From a virus (taxonomy: Duplodnaviria; Caudoviricetes): a stretch of DNA of 35,576 bases. The notes under the pieces were generated by a model. That model worked only from the letters and a program-made list of their open reading frames with translations, was not told the DNA's origin and did no database searches. Below, in pieces: positions 25,553 to 34,952 of this stretch (position 1 is the stretch's first letter; each line of letters starts with the position of its first letter). The stretch is from positions 1 to 35,576 of IMG/VR virus record IMGVR_UViG_3300044724_007750; one strand, written 5' to 3'. The translations under genes and the position numbers were made by a program.

Positions 25553-26675
25553 TATATTTATTTATTTTAATAATTATATTTCCTAACTTGAACTGACCTT
25601 CTTGTGGTTTATTCTGAGAAAGTATAGCGGCAAGCTGTCTTATATAAATATAATCTTGAGTGTTAAAAGTATTTACATCTATAGTTAAAACAATATCATT
25701 ATCCTTATCTGCTATTTTTTCAGCTAAATTCACAACTGTTCTAGGCTGTTCTTCTTCTATATATTTTTCTAAATCTTCTGAAGGACCTTCATAAGTAAGA
25801 TTATCACACCAAGGCTCTAACATTTTGAGAGTGTCAAAATTACCATTTTTTATTATTAGATGTCTATCATATTTAGGATTTATAATAGGAAACTGATACT
25901 GATCATTTAAAATCCAATCACCCCATTTTCTAATAAATTCTCTTTCACATCTAGACATAATATCTTTATAGTCTGGGTTTTCTATTCCTACTCCAGCATT
26001 CCATTTATGACCTCTACAGGTCATATGATATACAAATGAATCTCTAGCTTGAACCATTTCATAGCCAGCAAGTATCCATCTGTTAAAAATATCTGAGTCT
26101 TCGTATCCGAAAGGAGCGAATCGCTGATCATGTCCTCCAATAGATAAATGATCTTCTTTAAAAAGAGTCCAAGGAGCAAATATACCTTTAGTAGTTTTAT
26201 CTTTATCTAAATCTATTTGCTTAGAAACAAATTCATAGAAAGCATCCCATTTAAATACTTCAGCATCATCTCCAAAATCTCTTACTATCTTTTCTTTGCC
26301 AGCTGGATGTATAGGCGGTTCAATTCTAGTAGCACAAACTACTTTACCTCTCTTTATATGTTTCAACATATTTTCAAAGTAACCTGGACCTATAATCATA
26401 TCTGAGTGAAGTATAGATACTATATCTGTTGATGCTATTTTCATTGCTTCATCATACCAGTATGTATGTCCTTTTCTTTCTACGTTTAATATATAATGTA
26501 GCTTATCATCATCTAAAGTTAATAACCAGTCTTTTGTACCGTCTGTAGAATAATCATCTATAATAATAATATTTACGTCTCCGGCATTTTCTTTAAGGCT
26601 TCTATAGGTATTTTTAAGATGGGCTAAAGTGTTATAGCTTGGAACTATGACAGTTACTTCTTTTGTAGTATACAT
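25533..26675 (-). CDS. glycosyltransferase family 2
   Basis: VTVIVPSYN, IIIDDYSTDGT, ILHSDM, IGGHD.RF..GYEDSD and VYH motifs. Confidence 0.93.
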   Translation of the reverse strand: MYTTKEVTVIVPSYNTLAHLKNTYRSLKENAGDVNIIIIDDYSTDGTKDWLLTLDDDKLHYILNVERKGHTYWYDEAMKIASTDIVSILHSDMIIGPGYFENMLKHIKRGKVVCATRIEPPIHPAGKEKIVRDFGDDAEVFKWDAFYEFVSKQIDLDKDKTTKGIFAPWTLFKEDHLSIGGHDQRFAPFGYEDSDIFNRWILAGYEMVQARDSFVYHMTCRGHKWNAGVGIENPDYKDIMSRCEREFIRKWGDWILNDQYQFPIINPKYDRHLIIKNGNFDTLKMLEPWCDNLTYEGPSEDLEKYIEEEQPRTVVNLAEKIADKDNDIVLTIDVNTFNTQDYIYIRQLAAILSQNKPQEGQFKLGNIIIKINKYNENLFD

Positions 26676-27358
26676 AGTAGTGCTGGGTTTTGTATTCCTT
26701 CTCCTAGATAAAGAAAGTTAAAGTGTTTTTCAAATAAAAGAGTTATAGATTCTTTGCTAAAGTAATGAAAGTGCCCGTCAAAATTTACATCAGGGTTTCT
26801 AAGTCTTCTGTTAATTGGTACCTCTATAATTAAATACTTGTCAGTAACTTTTACTGCCTTGTCTAAGAAAGACGGTAAATCTTCTACGTGTTCTAATACG
26901 TGCCAGCATGTTACTAAATCATAACTTCTATTTATATCCATTTTAGTAAAAGCACCATGATGTACTTTATAGCCGTACTCAGTTAAATTTGATGCACATA
27001 AGTCGCTAACTTCTGTTGCTTCATACTCAAGAACATAATTCTTAGCCATATTTAAGAAAGTTCCTCCTCCTGCTCCTATGTCTAACAAGCTATCACATTC
27101 TAAAAGATATTCTTTTGTTTTGTTAATTCTTTTTTCACAAATAGTTTTTCTTCTGTTATGAAATTCTTGAGTAAACTTACCATCTTGTACTTCATTATTT
27201 CCTCTAGTTCCATCTTGTCCTGGTTTTCTATATAGTTCTTTATGGTAAAGTATACCGTCGTCTGTATAATTTATAAAGGTGTGATTACATTCATTACATT
27301 TAAAGACTTTATGTTGAATTAAATTATTATTAGGAGAGTTACATACTTTACAGTTCAT
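26654..27358 (-). CDS. class I SAM-dependent methyltransferase with N-terminal zinc ribbon
   Basis: CKVC...CNEC, LLDIGAGGG, YDLVTCWHVLEHV and IIEVP motifs. Confidence 0.9.
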   Translation of the reverse strand: MNCKVCNSPNNNLIQHKVFKCNECNHTFINYTDDGILYHKELYRKPGQDGTRGNNEVQDGKFTQEFHNRRKTICEKRINKTKEYLLECDSLLDIGAGGGTFLNMAKNYVLEYEATEVSDLCASNLTEYGYKVHHGAFTKMDINRSYDLVTCWHVLEHVEDLPSFLDKAVKVTDKYLIIEVPINRRLRNPDVNFDGHFHYFSKESITLLFEKHFNFLYLGEGIQNPALLCILQKK

Positions 27359-28448
27359 ATTTAGTCAGGGCTTTATTTACAAAGATAAAATCTTTCTGAT
27401 GCCATAGAGAAAGGCTACTCTCTCTTAAAGCATACCAATCTAAAAGGTACTGAGATTTATCTCTGGTTAGTTCGTTAATTTTTTCTTCAAGAATCTTATA
27501 CCAGTTTGGATTTGTAATATCTACGTTGTAGTTTTCAAAACCATTGATATTAGAAAAATCTTCTACTTTATCTTGAGTGCTAAAGTATATTCCAGGTAAA
27601 CCAATACCGATAGATATCAATTGTCCGTGTCCTCTCATTGCGATGAGGTAGTCAACTTCTTTATATAACTCTAAAAATTTATATACTTGATCAGTCTTAG
27701 TATATTTCTCTATAAAAGTACTTTCATCAACAACAGGAACTGCTTGTAATCTTTTAAAGTCTTTTAGGGTATGAGGATATAGTTTATAGTTCTTAGTTAA
27801 ATCAGAAAGTTTACCTATATTTTTATGATCAATAAATCTTTTATCATTGATTCCGGAACTACCATTAAATGCAGGCTGTATACCACCTATTTTTAAATTG
27901 AAATTTTTCTCCTCATTAAATTTATCTAAAAATAATAAACCAGGATCAGGTATAACATCTACATTTGTAACGTCTAATCCTATCCAGTCTTTTAGTTTTT
28001 GAAATGAACCATCATTTCTAACAGAAAATCCTGCAGAGTAATTTATAGTTTCCTGTAATGACTTCTTAGCTTTACTATTATATTCTATTCCTCCTCTAAA
28101 AATATTCACACCTACACCGTGAAAGAAGACTGGTATTTCAATGGCCTGGAGTATCTCTTTGTCAAAGGGGAGTTTGTAGCCTGTTAATTTATCTTCGTAA
28201 CCTCCATACTCTATCAGACCTCCTCCGCCTACTACAATAGCATCAAACTTATCTTTAAGATCCGAAAAGATTTCTATAAACTTACTTTTACTTTCTGTAA
28301 AAAACCAATATTGTCCTATATCAAAGTTACTCCATATTATCTTTCTTCCGTGACGCTGCCAAGATAGTTTAGCATTATACAGAGCAATATTGTCTCCTAT
28401 ATTTCTATCGAAGGCTCCTATATGTAATATTTTTAAACTATCCCGCAT
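27348..28448 (-). CDS. polysaccharide pyruvyltransferase family protein
   Basis: NIGD, VVGGGGL, FHGVG, FSVRN..S, VIPDP and AMRGHG motifs. Confidence 0.85.
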   Translation of the reverse strand: MRDSLKILHIGAFDRNIGDNIALYNAKLSWQRHGRKIIWSNFDIGQYWFFTESKSKFIEIFSDLKDKFDAIVVGGGGLIEYGGYEDKLTGYKLPFDKEILQAIEIPVFFHGVGVNIFRGGIEYNSKAKKSLQETINYSAGFSVRNDGSFQKLKDWIGLDVTNVDVIPDPGLLFLDKFNEEKNFNLKIGGIQPAFNGSSGINDKRFIDHKNIGKLSDLTKNYKLYPHTLKDFKRLQAVPVVDESTFIEKYTKTDQVYKFLELYKEVDYLIAMRGHGQLISIGIGLPGIYFSTQDKVEDFSNINGFENYNVDITNPNWYKILEEKINELTRDKSQYLLDWYALRESSLSLWHQKDFIFVNKALTKYEL

Positions 28449-29266
28449 ACCATTCCATATTGATCCTTCTTAGGCATTCCACCCCACTTTTTATAAAACT
28501 TCTGTGCATTAGCCTGCTCTGCTTTTCTCTGTCTTTCTGATGATTGATTATTATTCTCTTCAAGTCTATGAGAACCTCTAGCACCAAAGTGCCAAACGAT
28601 AGACTTAGTTGGCATGAGAAATCTACCTCCCTCATTTAACATACGAAGAAACAAATCATAATCATCCCATGATGTAGGAGCAAATAAAGGATCATTCCCT
28701 CCTATTTGATCCCACCAGCTCTTTTTTACTAAACCAGATACTCCTTCTCCTTTGGGTATCTCAAAATCATTCTTTAATGCTATCAATTTAGCATACTCTA
28801 ATAAACCTTCAGGTTTAAAATCATCGTGATAGGCTCCAAAAGCTTCTTTAGGTACAAAATGAGTACCAGGTCTATCTTGATCACCAAACATATTAGGTTC
28901 TATTCTAAAAGAGTTCACCCATAGTTTATCGTCATTATACTTTTCATGCACCTTCATTAACTCAAGATCCCAATTAGGAGTAACATAGAAATCTGAATGC
29001 AAGAACATAATATAGTCTGTCTTTACTTTTTCAGCACAAAAGTTCATTCCTCCTCCTATACCTTTTGGATTATCGTTCTTATCTATGTAGTATTCTAAAC
29101 TATATTGGGCTGCATTCTCTTCTAACCATTCATCAGTACCATCGTTACAGTTCTCAGCATGTATAATAAATGGAGCATTCTTCCAATGTGAATGCTGCCT
29201 TACTGATTGAATAGCTAATTCAAGATAAGGCTTATTATTATAAGTACTAATACAAAATGTTATCAT
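28433..29266 (-). CDS. glycosyltransferase family 2
   Basis: ITFCISTYNN, DGTDEWL, FLHSDF, IGGND.LF...WDDYD and VWHF motifs. Paralogous to 25533..26675. Confidence 0.9.
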   Translation of the reverse strand: MITFCISTYNNKPYLELAIQSVRQHSHWKNAPFIIHAENCNDGTDEWLEENAAQYSLEYYIDKNDNPKGIGGGMNFCAEKVKTDYIMFLHSDFYVTPNWDLELMKVHEKYNDDKLWVNSFRIEPNMFGDQDRPGTHFVPKEAFGAYHDDFKPEGLLEYAKLIALKNDFEIPKGEGVSGLVKKSWWDQIGGNDPLFAPTSWDDYDLFLRMLNEGGRFLMPTKSIVWHFGARGSHRLEENNNQSSERQRKAEQANAQKFYKKWGGMPKKDQYGMVCGIV

Positions 29267-30144
29267 AATTCTTGAATAAACTTTTGCATTGCTGCTATAC
29301 TAATATCAGCATATTTTTTAAACACCTCATCATTTCTAGTAGAATTTGTACCAACTCTTTTATTAGGATGTTTATAGTTATGTCCTTTTAACCTGGAGGT
29401 AATACATACCTGGGGTATATTCTTTTTTCTGAGATAGTATTCAAGGCAAGTATCTTCTCTAACAAAATGCATACCGGGAGCTATAAATGGAGTATTTAGT
29501 CTTCCTGATAAACACACTGTGCTTCCGTCTATTTTATGTGGTACTTGTTTTATTTTTATATCACCTGACTCTTCATTAAACTTATCAAGTTCGTTTTGAG
29601 AAATATAATCTTTATATTTTAGAGGAGCCTCTAATAGCTCTATACAATCCTCTATATGTTCATCACCACACTGGCATGGTTTAGAATAACCTAAAAGCTT
29701 TTCATGTGTAACTACATCCCATGTATTATCCCACATAGGCCTTCCGGCAAATGTTAGAACGTGAGGCTGATCTATTTCAACCTGATCTAATATAGCAAAG
29801 AAATCTCTAGGTAAGAGAGTATCAGTCTCACCCCATACGGTATATTTAGCTTTAGGATCATACACTTCTCTTCTCCAGTCAGCTATATTATAGAATGGTT
29901 GATCATCTGTTTTAATAGTAAGTTCTGGTTTGTAGTCTTGCATTAGAGGATGACTATCCCATTTTTCTAGCATCAACCTATGTCCTTCTACACTTGGTTT
30001 TTCAATGTATGTTTGAAAGTTAAAGCATATTTTTATTTTTACATCTACATCAGGAGCAGCTCTTAGTGCTTGTAATATAGAATGCCAGCATTCGTCTATC
30101 ATATTAGACTCATACCACATGTGGTGTATTTGAAATAAAATCAT
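29263..30144 (-). CDS. putative GT-A fold glycosyltransferase
   Basis: Inside the glycan cluster with an ATGA overlap. VWGETD (DxD-like), a later ED motif and a C-terminal His. Family unclear. Confidence 0.45.
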   Translation of the reverse strand: MILFQIHHMWYESNMIDECWHSILQALRAAPDVDVKIKICFNFQTYIEKPSVEGHRLMLEKWDSHPLMQDYKPELTIKTDDQPFYNIADWRREVYDPKAKYTVWGETDTLLPRDFFAILDQVEIDQPHVLTFAGRPMWDNTWDVVTHEKLLGYSKPCQCGDEHIEDCIELLEAPLKYKDYISQNELDKFNEESGDIKIKQVPHKIDGSTVCLSGRLNTPFIAPGMHFVREDTCLEYYLRKKNIPQVCITSRLKGHNYKHPNKRVGTNSTRNDEVFKKYADISIAAMQKFIQEL

Positions 30145-30956
30145 GTGTGTTTATTTTGCATTATTATACCAAGATAGTTCTTAGCTATATTTTCCTCTAA
30201 TTCTAAACCAGTTCCTTTTTCAAACTCTACCATCTCTTTCCAATGATAGGTTTTAAATAATGGTCCTGAAGGTACGATATCTATAGCTTTGGTAGCCATC
30301 AAATACTCTCCGTACGTTAATGTTTCACGAAAATGTACTTGAAATGCATTTTTCATAGTGAGACATAATTCTTCTATAGTTAGTTTATTAAAGTCTAATA
30401 CACCTTTTTGAAAGTCTAATAAAACTCTTCTATTCCATAGATGAGGGTTAGGACCGTAATCATAAATTTTTCTAGACTTATAACCAAAAAACTGTCTATA
30501 TGCTTTAACAGCCTTAGCATAGCCTGAGTTGAGATAGTCTCCGTTCTTTAGTACTGTTTCATATTCGGCAACTTGTTTATTTTCATGTACAATGGTATAA
30601 GGTGTACTATCATAAGCAATAAAATCTTTCTCTGTAAACGGTCTTATAAATCTTGCATCAGAATCTAATATCAAATAGTTTTTAGCATCTACCTTTTTAT
30701 ACATTTCTAATTTAATAATCATCTGCTGTTCCCATCCGTACATTTTATTTTTAAATGTATGTACCTCTTCGTCAGAGATAAATGTATACCCTTCAGTACC
30801 TAGTGTATCTTCTAATATTTTTTTATCTGATTGAGGAGCTATAATATAATAAGGAATCTTATCCAAATTATACGTGTTTATAGAATCAAACAGTGCCTTA
30901 CATAAAGGAATATCGTTCTTGTAGGTTTTAGTAACTAAGGCTATTTTATAACTCAT
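30141..30956 (-). CDS. DUF6492-like putative nucleotide-sugar transferase
   Basis: GWEQQMIIKL and YLILDSDARFIRP motifs. Confidence 0.65.
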   Translation of the reverse strand: MSYKIALVTKTYKNDIPLCKALFDSINTYNLDKIPYYIIAPQSDKKILEDTLGTEGYTFISDEEVHTFKNKMYGWEQQMIIKLEMYKKVDAKNYLILDSDARFIRPFTEKDFIAYDSTPYTIVHENKQVAEYETVLKNGDYLNSGYAKAVKAYRQFFGYKSRKIYDYGPNPHLWNRRVLLDFQKGVLDFNKLTIEELCLTMKNAFQVHFRETLTYGEYLMATKAIDIVPSGPLFKTYHWKEMVEFEKGTGLELEENIAKNYLGIIMQNKHT

Positions 30957-31779
30957 CTATTGTAATTCTTTTAAAACGTTTATCGGCTGGGTTAGTATTA
31001 GATAAGATACGAACTTTAATGTTCTTATCCAAAAACCAATCGTACATTTCTTTTGTACACTCGATAGTTTCTTTTAACTCTTGGTAGTCTGGTCCTGCTC
31101 CTGCATGAACTCCTTCTGCATATAGAGTATCAGAATGTTCTTTTCTCCAATCATTATCTCCTAACTTAAATCCTTTCTCAGGTTTAAACTTAGATAGATC
31201 TCCTATGTCCCATCCTATAGTTACAATCTCTTTTGCTCCTAGATGAACTGCTAATGAAAAGCCGGTCTCGTACATAATACCAGGACCCCATATAATTTTA
31301 CCGTCGCTGTAAGATTCAAATTGGTCGAAGCGTCTACTAAAAGCAGTAGTGTTATTCATATCTACCCAGGGAGTAGAGTAGCATGGAATCATTATATGCG
31401 CTTTATGTTTCCATTCATTTTGTATTCTATTGATCTCATATGGCATATTCATAGCAGTAAGCTGCCAATGAACTAATGTTTCATCTGAGTGGTACTCATA
31501 CGGCTGATATCCATATGCTGACATACCGTGAATAGTAGCTACTTCTTTAACGTAGTTGTATGATTGTTTCAGAGCTATTACAGGCTTACCTTCTAGTTTG
31601 CTTATTAACTCTTCTCTGTTGTGGGTAGTTAAGGAAGGACCAGGAGTAGTTATGTAGATAGTTTCACCTTTAAATCTATCTTTAAGTAATTTTATTCTTT
31701 CGTAACTATCGTTAGTATGACTAACTTCCTGTACTAAATTTATCATATAATAACTCAGCTGTTTCAAACTGCCATTCAT
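30946..31779 (-). CDS. Maf/DUF115-like (GT42-related fold) putative nonulosonate transferase
   Basis: FKGETIYITTPGPSL and LAVHLGAKEIVTIGWD motifs. The true start is probably MINLVQ (about 31746). Confidence 0.7.
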   Translation of the reverse strand: MNGSLKQLSYYMINLVQEVSHTNDSYERIKLLKDRFKGETIYITTPGPSLTTHNREELISKLEGKPVIALKQSYNYVKEVATIHGMSAYGYQPYEYHSDETLVHWQLTAMNMPYEINRIQNEWKHKAHIMIPCYSTPWVDMNNTTAFSRRFDQFESYSDGKIIWGPGIMYETGFSLAVHLGAKEIVTIGWDIGDLSKFKPEKGFKLGDNDWRKEHSDTLYAEGVHAGAGPDYQELKETIECTKEMYDWFLDKNIKVRILSNTNPADKRFKRITIDEL

Positions 31780-32416
31780 AATCTATATCAAAAGCTTCTA
31801 GCTCATCCATCTCAAATAATTTTATACCTCCTGGTGCTTCAAAGTCACCCATAAACCTAGAATCTTTTATAAGATCCATTCTAGAGGCATATAATACATG
31901 AGCTGCTTCATAGACTGGGTCAACAGCTTTAGTGTTCATAATTGTTTGTCCTTCTGGCCAGGGAGTAATTAAAGCTCCTTCTTTATTCCAGTAGTATGTT
32001 TTCTTTTCAAAAACTGCAAATAGATTCTCTTCTTCTTGTTCACCAAACTGTTTTACGAACCTATCGATAGTTTCAACAGTAAGGAGAGGATTACAGCCAG
32101 AAATAAGAACAACGTATTTGTGAGGAAGTTTGTCATGCCACTCGTAAATCTTTTTGAGGTCATTATCGTTGTTAGCCGATTCATAACTCCTTTCAAACGT
32201 TCTGATATTTCTTTTAGTGTTGGCTTCATAAAATAATTCTTCCTCATGAACTGATGCTATAATATTCTCAGATGGTATAACTTTAGAGCTAAGTAACTTA
32301 TCTAATATGATACCAAATAAATTAGAACCAGCAAAAGGTCTAATCATTTTTTGCGGTACTCTTTGACTGTTTAATCTAGCCTGAACTATAAAAGCTGTGT
32401 CATCTAATCTTGTCAT
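31721..32416 (-). CDS. neuA: acylneuraminate cytidylyltransferase (CMP-nonulosonate synthetase)
   Basis: IVQARLNSQRVPQKMIRPFAG, CNPLL and FDIDYEWQF motifs. Confidence 0.88.
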   Translation of the reverse strand: MTRLDDTAFIVQARLNSQRVPQKMIRPFAGSNLFGIILDKLLSSKVIPSENIIASVHEEELFYEANTKRNIRTFERSYESANNDNDLKKIYEWHDKLPHKYVVLISGCNPLLTVETIDRFVKQFGEQEEENLFAVFEKKTYYWNKEGALITPWPEGQTIMNTKAVDPVYEAAHVLYASRMDLIKDSRFMGDFEAPGGIKLFEMDELEAFDIDYEWQFETAELLYDKFSTGS

Positions 32417-33089
32417 AAACTTCTTTTGTTAGAGGAAAATACTCTTTACTGATAGGAGTACCAATATTGTAATCAAATCTTTCTCCTAAATTTTGTAACC
32501 TTTCATAACCAGGTTGTTCGGCTAATATTTTATAAGCCTCTGTAAATACAGTAACATATGAATCATCAGTACCTTCATATGTTTTTCTATGATCAGTAGG
32601 TTTTAAACCGGGATGTTTTGTGAAAGCATGTATGTTAGTAAAATCTCTATTAAATCCATCAAAACCAGCAAAATAAATTTTTTTGGCATTTGTCTTTAAT
32701 GCAGCACGAATTAAACGGAAGGCTGCACCTGACATAGCAGCAGGTGATTGTTGTTTTGTAATATCACATAACGAGCCTCCAATAATCGGAATACCTACAG
32801 TGTTTTCAAAATGTTTGAACTCTGGTGTGTTCTCTTTACCTCGATAATGTAAATATTCATAAAGTACTGTAGTATGACTATTTTTAAGTTTTGAAATTAG
32901 TACCTTATTAGATAAATCAGACTGGAAGGATAATAAATAAAGGTCTATAGTTTTAGAATATACTCTAGGTTCTAAATAAAAATCATTACATGTCCAGATA
33001 AAATCATAATCTAGATTTTCCCATTTGGTATCTAAAGTAGAAGTACCTCCTCCTAGGATAAGTATATTTTTATCTATATATTTGTCCAA
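32400..33089 (-). CDS. GT42/CST-like sialyltransferase-like protein
   Basis: ILILGGGTS, TCNDFYLE, SGAA and KKIYFAGFD mirror the CST-I/II motifs (IAGNGPS, CNQFYFE, TSG, IYLSGIDF). TTG start. Confidence 0.65.
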   Translation of the reverse strand: MDKYIDKNILILGGGTSTLDTKWENLDYDFIWTCNDFYLEPRVYSKTIDLYLLSFQSDLSNKVLISKLKNSHTTVLYEYLHYRGKENTPEFKHFENTVGIPIIGGSLCDITKQQSPAAMSGAAFRLIRAALKTNAKKIYFAGFDGFNRDFTNIHAFTKHPGLKPTDHRKTYEGTDDSYVTVFTEAYKILAEQPGYERLQNLGERFDYNIGTPISKEYFPLTKEVYDKIR

Positions 33090-33091
33090 AA

Positions 33092-33949
33092 TTATCCTCT
33101 TAACTTTTCTCTTACTGCTTTTTCTGATTCAGTCACTTCTATTATTCCATTACCATAGGCTGCTTCTAATTCTCTAATCCCGCTAACAAGTTTAAATAAC
33201 CCCCAAGGTGTAACTGAAGCCATATGGTCAGAGCCTTCCATATTTCTATCTAAAGTTATATGTCTTTCTATAATAGAAGCTCCTAATAGTACTGAAGCTA
33301 CTGTAGTACCGATAGTTAATTCATGTCCTGAATATCCTATTTCAAAGTCAGGATACTTTTCTTGGAGTGTTTTAATGGCTGATAGATTTAATTCCTCTAT
33401 AGGTGCAGGGTAAGTTGAATTACAATGTAGTAGTCCAATTTTATCATCATTTAAAGATACGTAAGTCTTTTTGGCTTCTCTTAAAACTTCTACTGCATGA
33501 TCTATTTCTTCTTGAGTAGACATACCAGTGGAGAAAATAACTCTTTTACCAGACCGAACACATCCTTCTAGTAGTTCGTCATTGGTTAATAAGGCAGAGG
33601 GTATTTTTATGAAAGGTATATCATATCTCTCTAAAAATCTTAACGAGTCCATATCCCAAGGGGATGCTGACCAGGCTATGCCTTGCTGTCTACAGTAGTC
33701 ATCTATCTCATCATACTCTTTTTGGCCAAACTCTACTTTATACTTATATTCAAGATAGGTCATATCTACTCCTTGCCATCTTCTAGGCTTAGATTTCTGA
33801 GCTTCTGGTACAGCAATGTCAGGATTACGTTTTTGAAATTTAACTGCATCACATCCTGCTGCTGCTGCAATATCAATAAGTCTTTTTGCAATTGAGAGAT
33901 CACCTTGATGGTTTATTCCTATCTCTCCAATAATGTAAGTTTTCTTCAT
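33092..33949 (-). CDS. neuB: N-acetylneuraminate synthase family (NeuB), short form without C-terminal AFL/SAF domain
   Basis: IIGEIGINHQG, DAVKFQKR, IKIPSA, STGMS, LLHCNSTYPA, GYSGHE and IERHITLDR motifs. Ends at 285 aa. Confidence 0.95.
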   Translation of the reverse strand: MKKTYIIGEIGINHQGDLSIAKRLIDIAAAAGCDAVKFQKRNPDIAVPEAQKSKPRRWQGVDMTYLEYKYKVEFGQKEYDEIDDYCRQQGIAWSASPWDMDSLRFLERYDIPFIKIPSALLTNDELLEGCVRSGKRVIFSTGMSTQEEIDHAVEVLREAKKTYVSLNDDKIGLLHCNSTYPAPIEELNLSAIKTLQEKYPDFEIGYSGHELTIGTTVASVLLGASIIERHITLDRNMEGSDHMASVTPWGLFKLVSGIRELEAAYGNGIIEVTESEKAVREKLRG

Positions 33950-33962
33950 AACTATAATATAA

Positions 33963-34265
33963 CTATAATTCTTCTATTCTCATACTTTTATCACATATAA
34001 GTAAGTCGTAAGCAGGTTTGTGCCCAGTAATAAGGGTGTGATACTTACACCCCCATGAGTCTAACTGTTCTTTAGTAATTCTATACCAGTCGATTCCAGA
34101 TAAACTACCTCTTGCAGTGTAATATGTTATACGATTACCTTCATCATATAGTTTGTTTATCTTATCGATGTTTATATCAATAGGAGTAGCTAAAGAGTAA
34201 TCTTTTCTATCGTCTTCTGGATGGTAATCTGCTATTGTTTCGTCTATATCTACATATATATTCAT
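33963..34265 (-). CDS. minimal HAD-superfamily phosphatase (capsule biosynthesis type)
   Basis: YVDIDETI (DxD), YYTARG and KPAYDLLICDK motifs. Confidence 0.85.
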   Translation of the reverse strand: MNIYVDIDETIADYHPEDDRKDYSLATPIDINIDKINKLYDEGNRITYYTARGSLSGIDWYRITKEQLDSWGCKYHTLITGHKPAYDLLICDKSMRIEEL

Positions 34266-34936
34266 CTAGTAACCTTTTTGTCTATAGGAGTTAATCCTGG
34301 TTTAATAACTTTTTTTGGTTTGAATTTTTCAATGATAGGTTTTATGTATCTATCAGCAAATTCGGGTAGTTTAGCTTTTTTTCTAGAAGGTTCTCTAACA
34401 TCTGGTGTGCTTATTTCAGCTTTAGAAGGAACTGTAGAGTTAAACAGTACCGGAGTAGCTATATTATTTTTTATCAAATAACCTCCTTGTATGCTAAATT
34501 TTTTATGGTTAAGTTTGTTTGTATTGAAGTACTCAACTATAGCAGGTTCAACTATACTATTATTAGTAATAAAGATGAGTCCATCTTTATCAAGCAAAGG
34601 AAATATAGAGGTTAATGCAGTGATTGTAGCATTAAAATCTCCTAAATCTATATGAGCAAAAGCTAGAGGCTCCTTTATAGACGTGTTTAACGTATCACTT
34701 ATATCTCCTTTAATAACGTTAATATCGTACCCAGGTAGTAAGAACCTTTTATCTAATGCAGGTTGAATAGGAACGGTGCTGAATAAGTCAAACATATAAC
34801 CTTTTCTTCTTTTAACTTCGTCAGCTCTCATTAAATTTACGATAGTATCAAAAGATTTACCTTTACCGAAACCTAATTCAGCAAAAGAACCTTCTGTGTT
34901 TTCAAGTTCTAAAAGGTATTTTTTAAAATCTATCAT
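34262..34936 (-). CDS. TylF/MycF-like O-methyltransferase fold, divergent
   Basis: EGSFAELGFGKGKS, MFDLF, IKGDISDTL, FAHIDL and L..DGLIFI motifs. Lys/Pro-rich C-terminal tail. Confidence 0.65.
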   Translation of the reverse strand: MIDFKKYLLELENTEGSFAELGFGKGKSFDTIVNLMRADEVKRRKGYMFDLFSTVPIQPALDKRFLLPGYDINVIKGDISDTLNTSIKEPLAFAHIDLGDFNATITALTSIFPLLDKDGLIFITNNSIVEPAIVEYFNTNKLNHKKFSIQGGYLIKNNIATPVLFNSTVPSKAEISTPDVREPSRKKAKLPEFADRYIKPIIEKFKPKKVIKPGLTPIDKKVTR

Positions 34937-34952
34937 AAGAATAAATGTTTAT

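Noticed and set aside
3651-32247. Short minus-strand alternate-frame ORFs (3651, 16635, 19325, 21968, 22706, 28438, 32053)
   Set aside because: They are fully nested in longer genes with clear family motifs and have no independent support.
33954-33985. Class 1 promoter upstream of neuB
   Set aside because: A TATATTAT box is present, but there is no matching upstream box at the 19-20 nt spacing. Too weak in AT-rich DNA.
5471-34481. Plus-strand ORFs in the track (e.g. 5471, 9614, 10325, 12118, 13713, 15366, 16461, 16909, 21672, 22109, 26217, 32036, 33683, 34221)
   Set aside because: All are antisense to well-supported minus-strand genes and lack recognisable motifs, so they are shadow ORFs.
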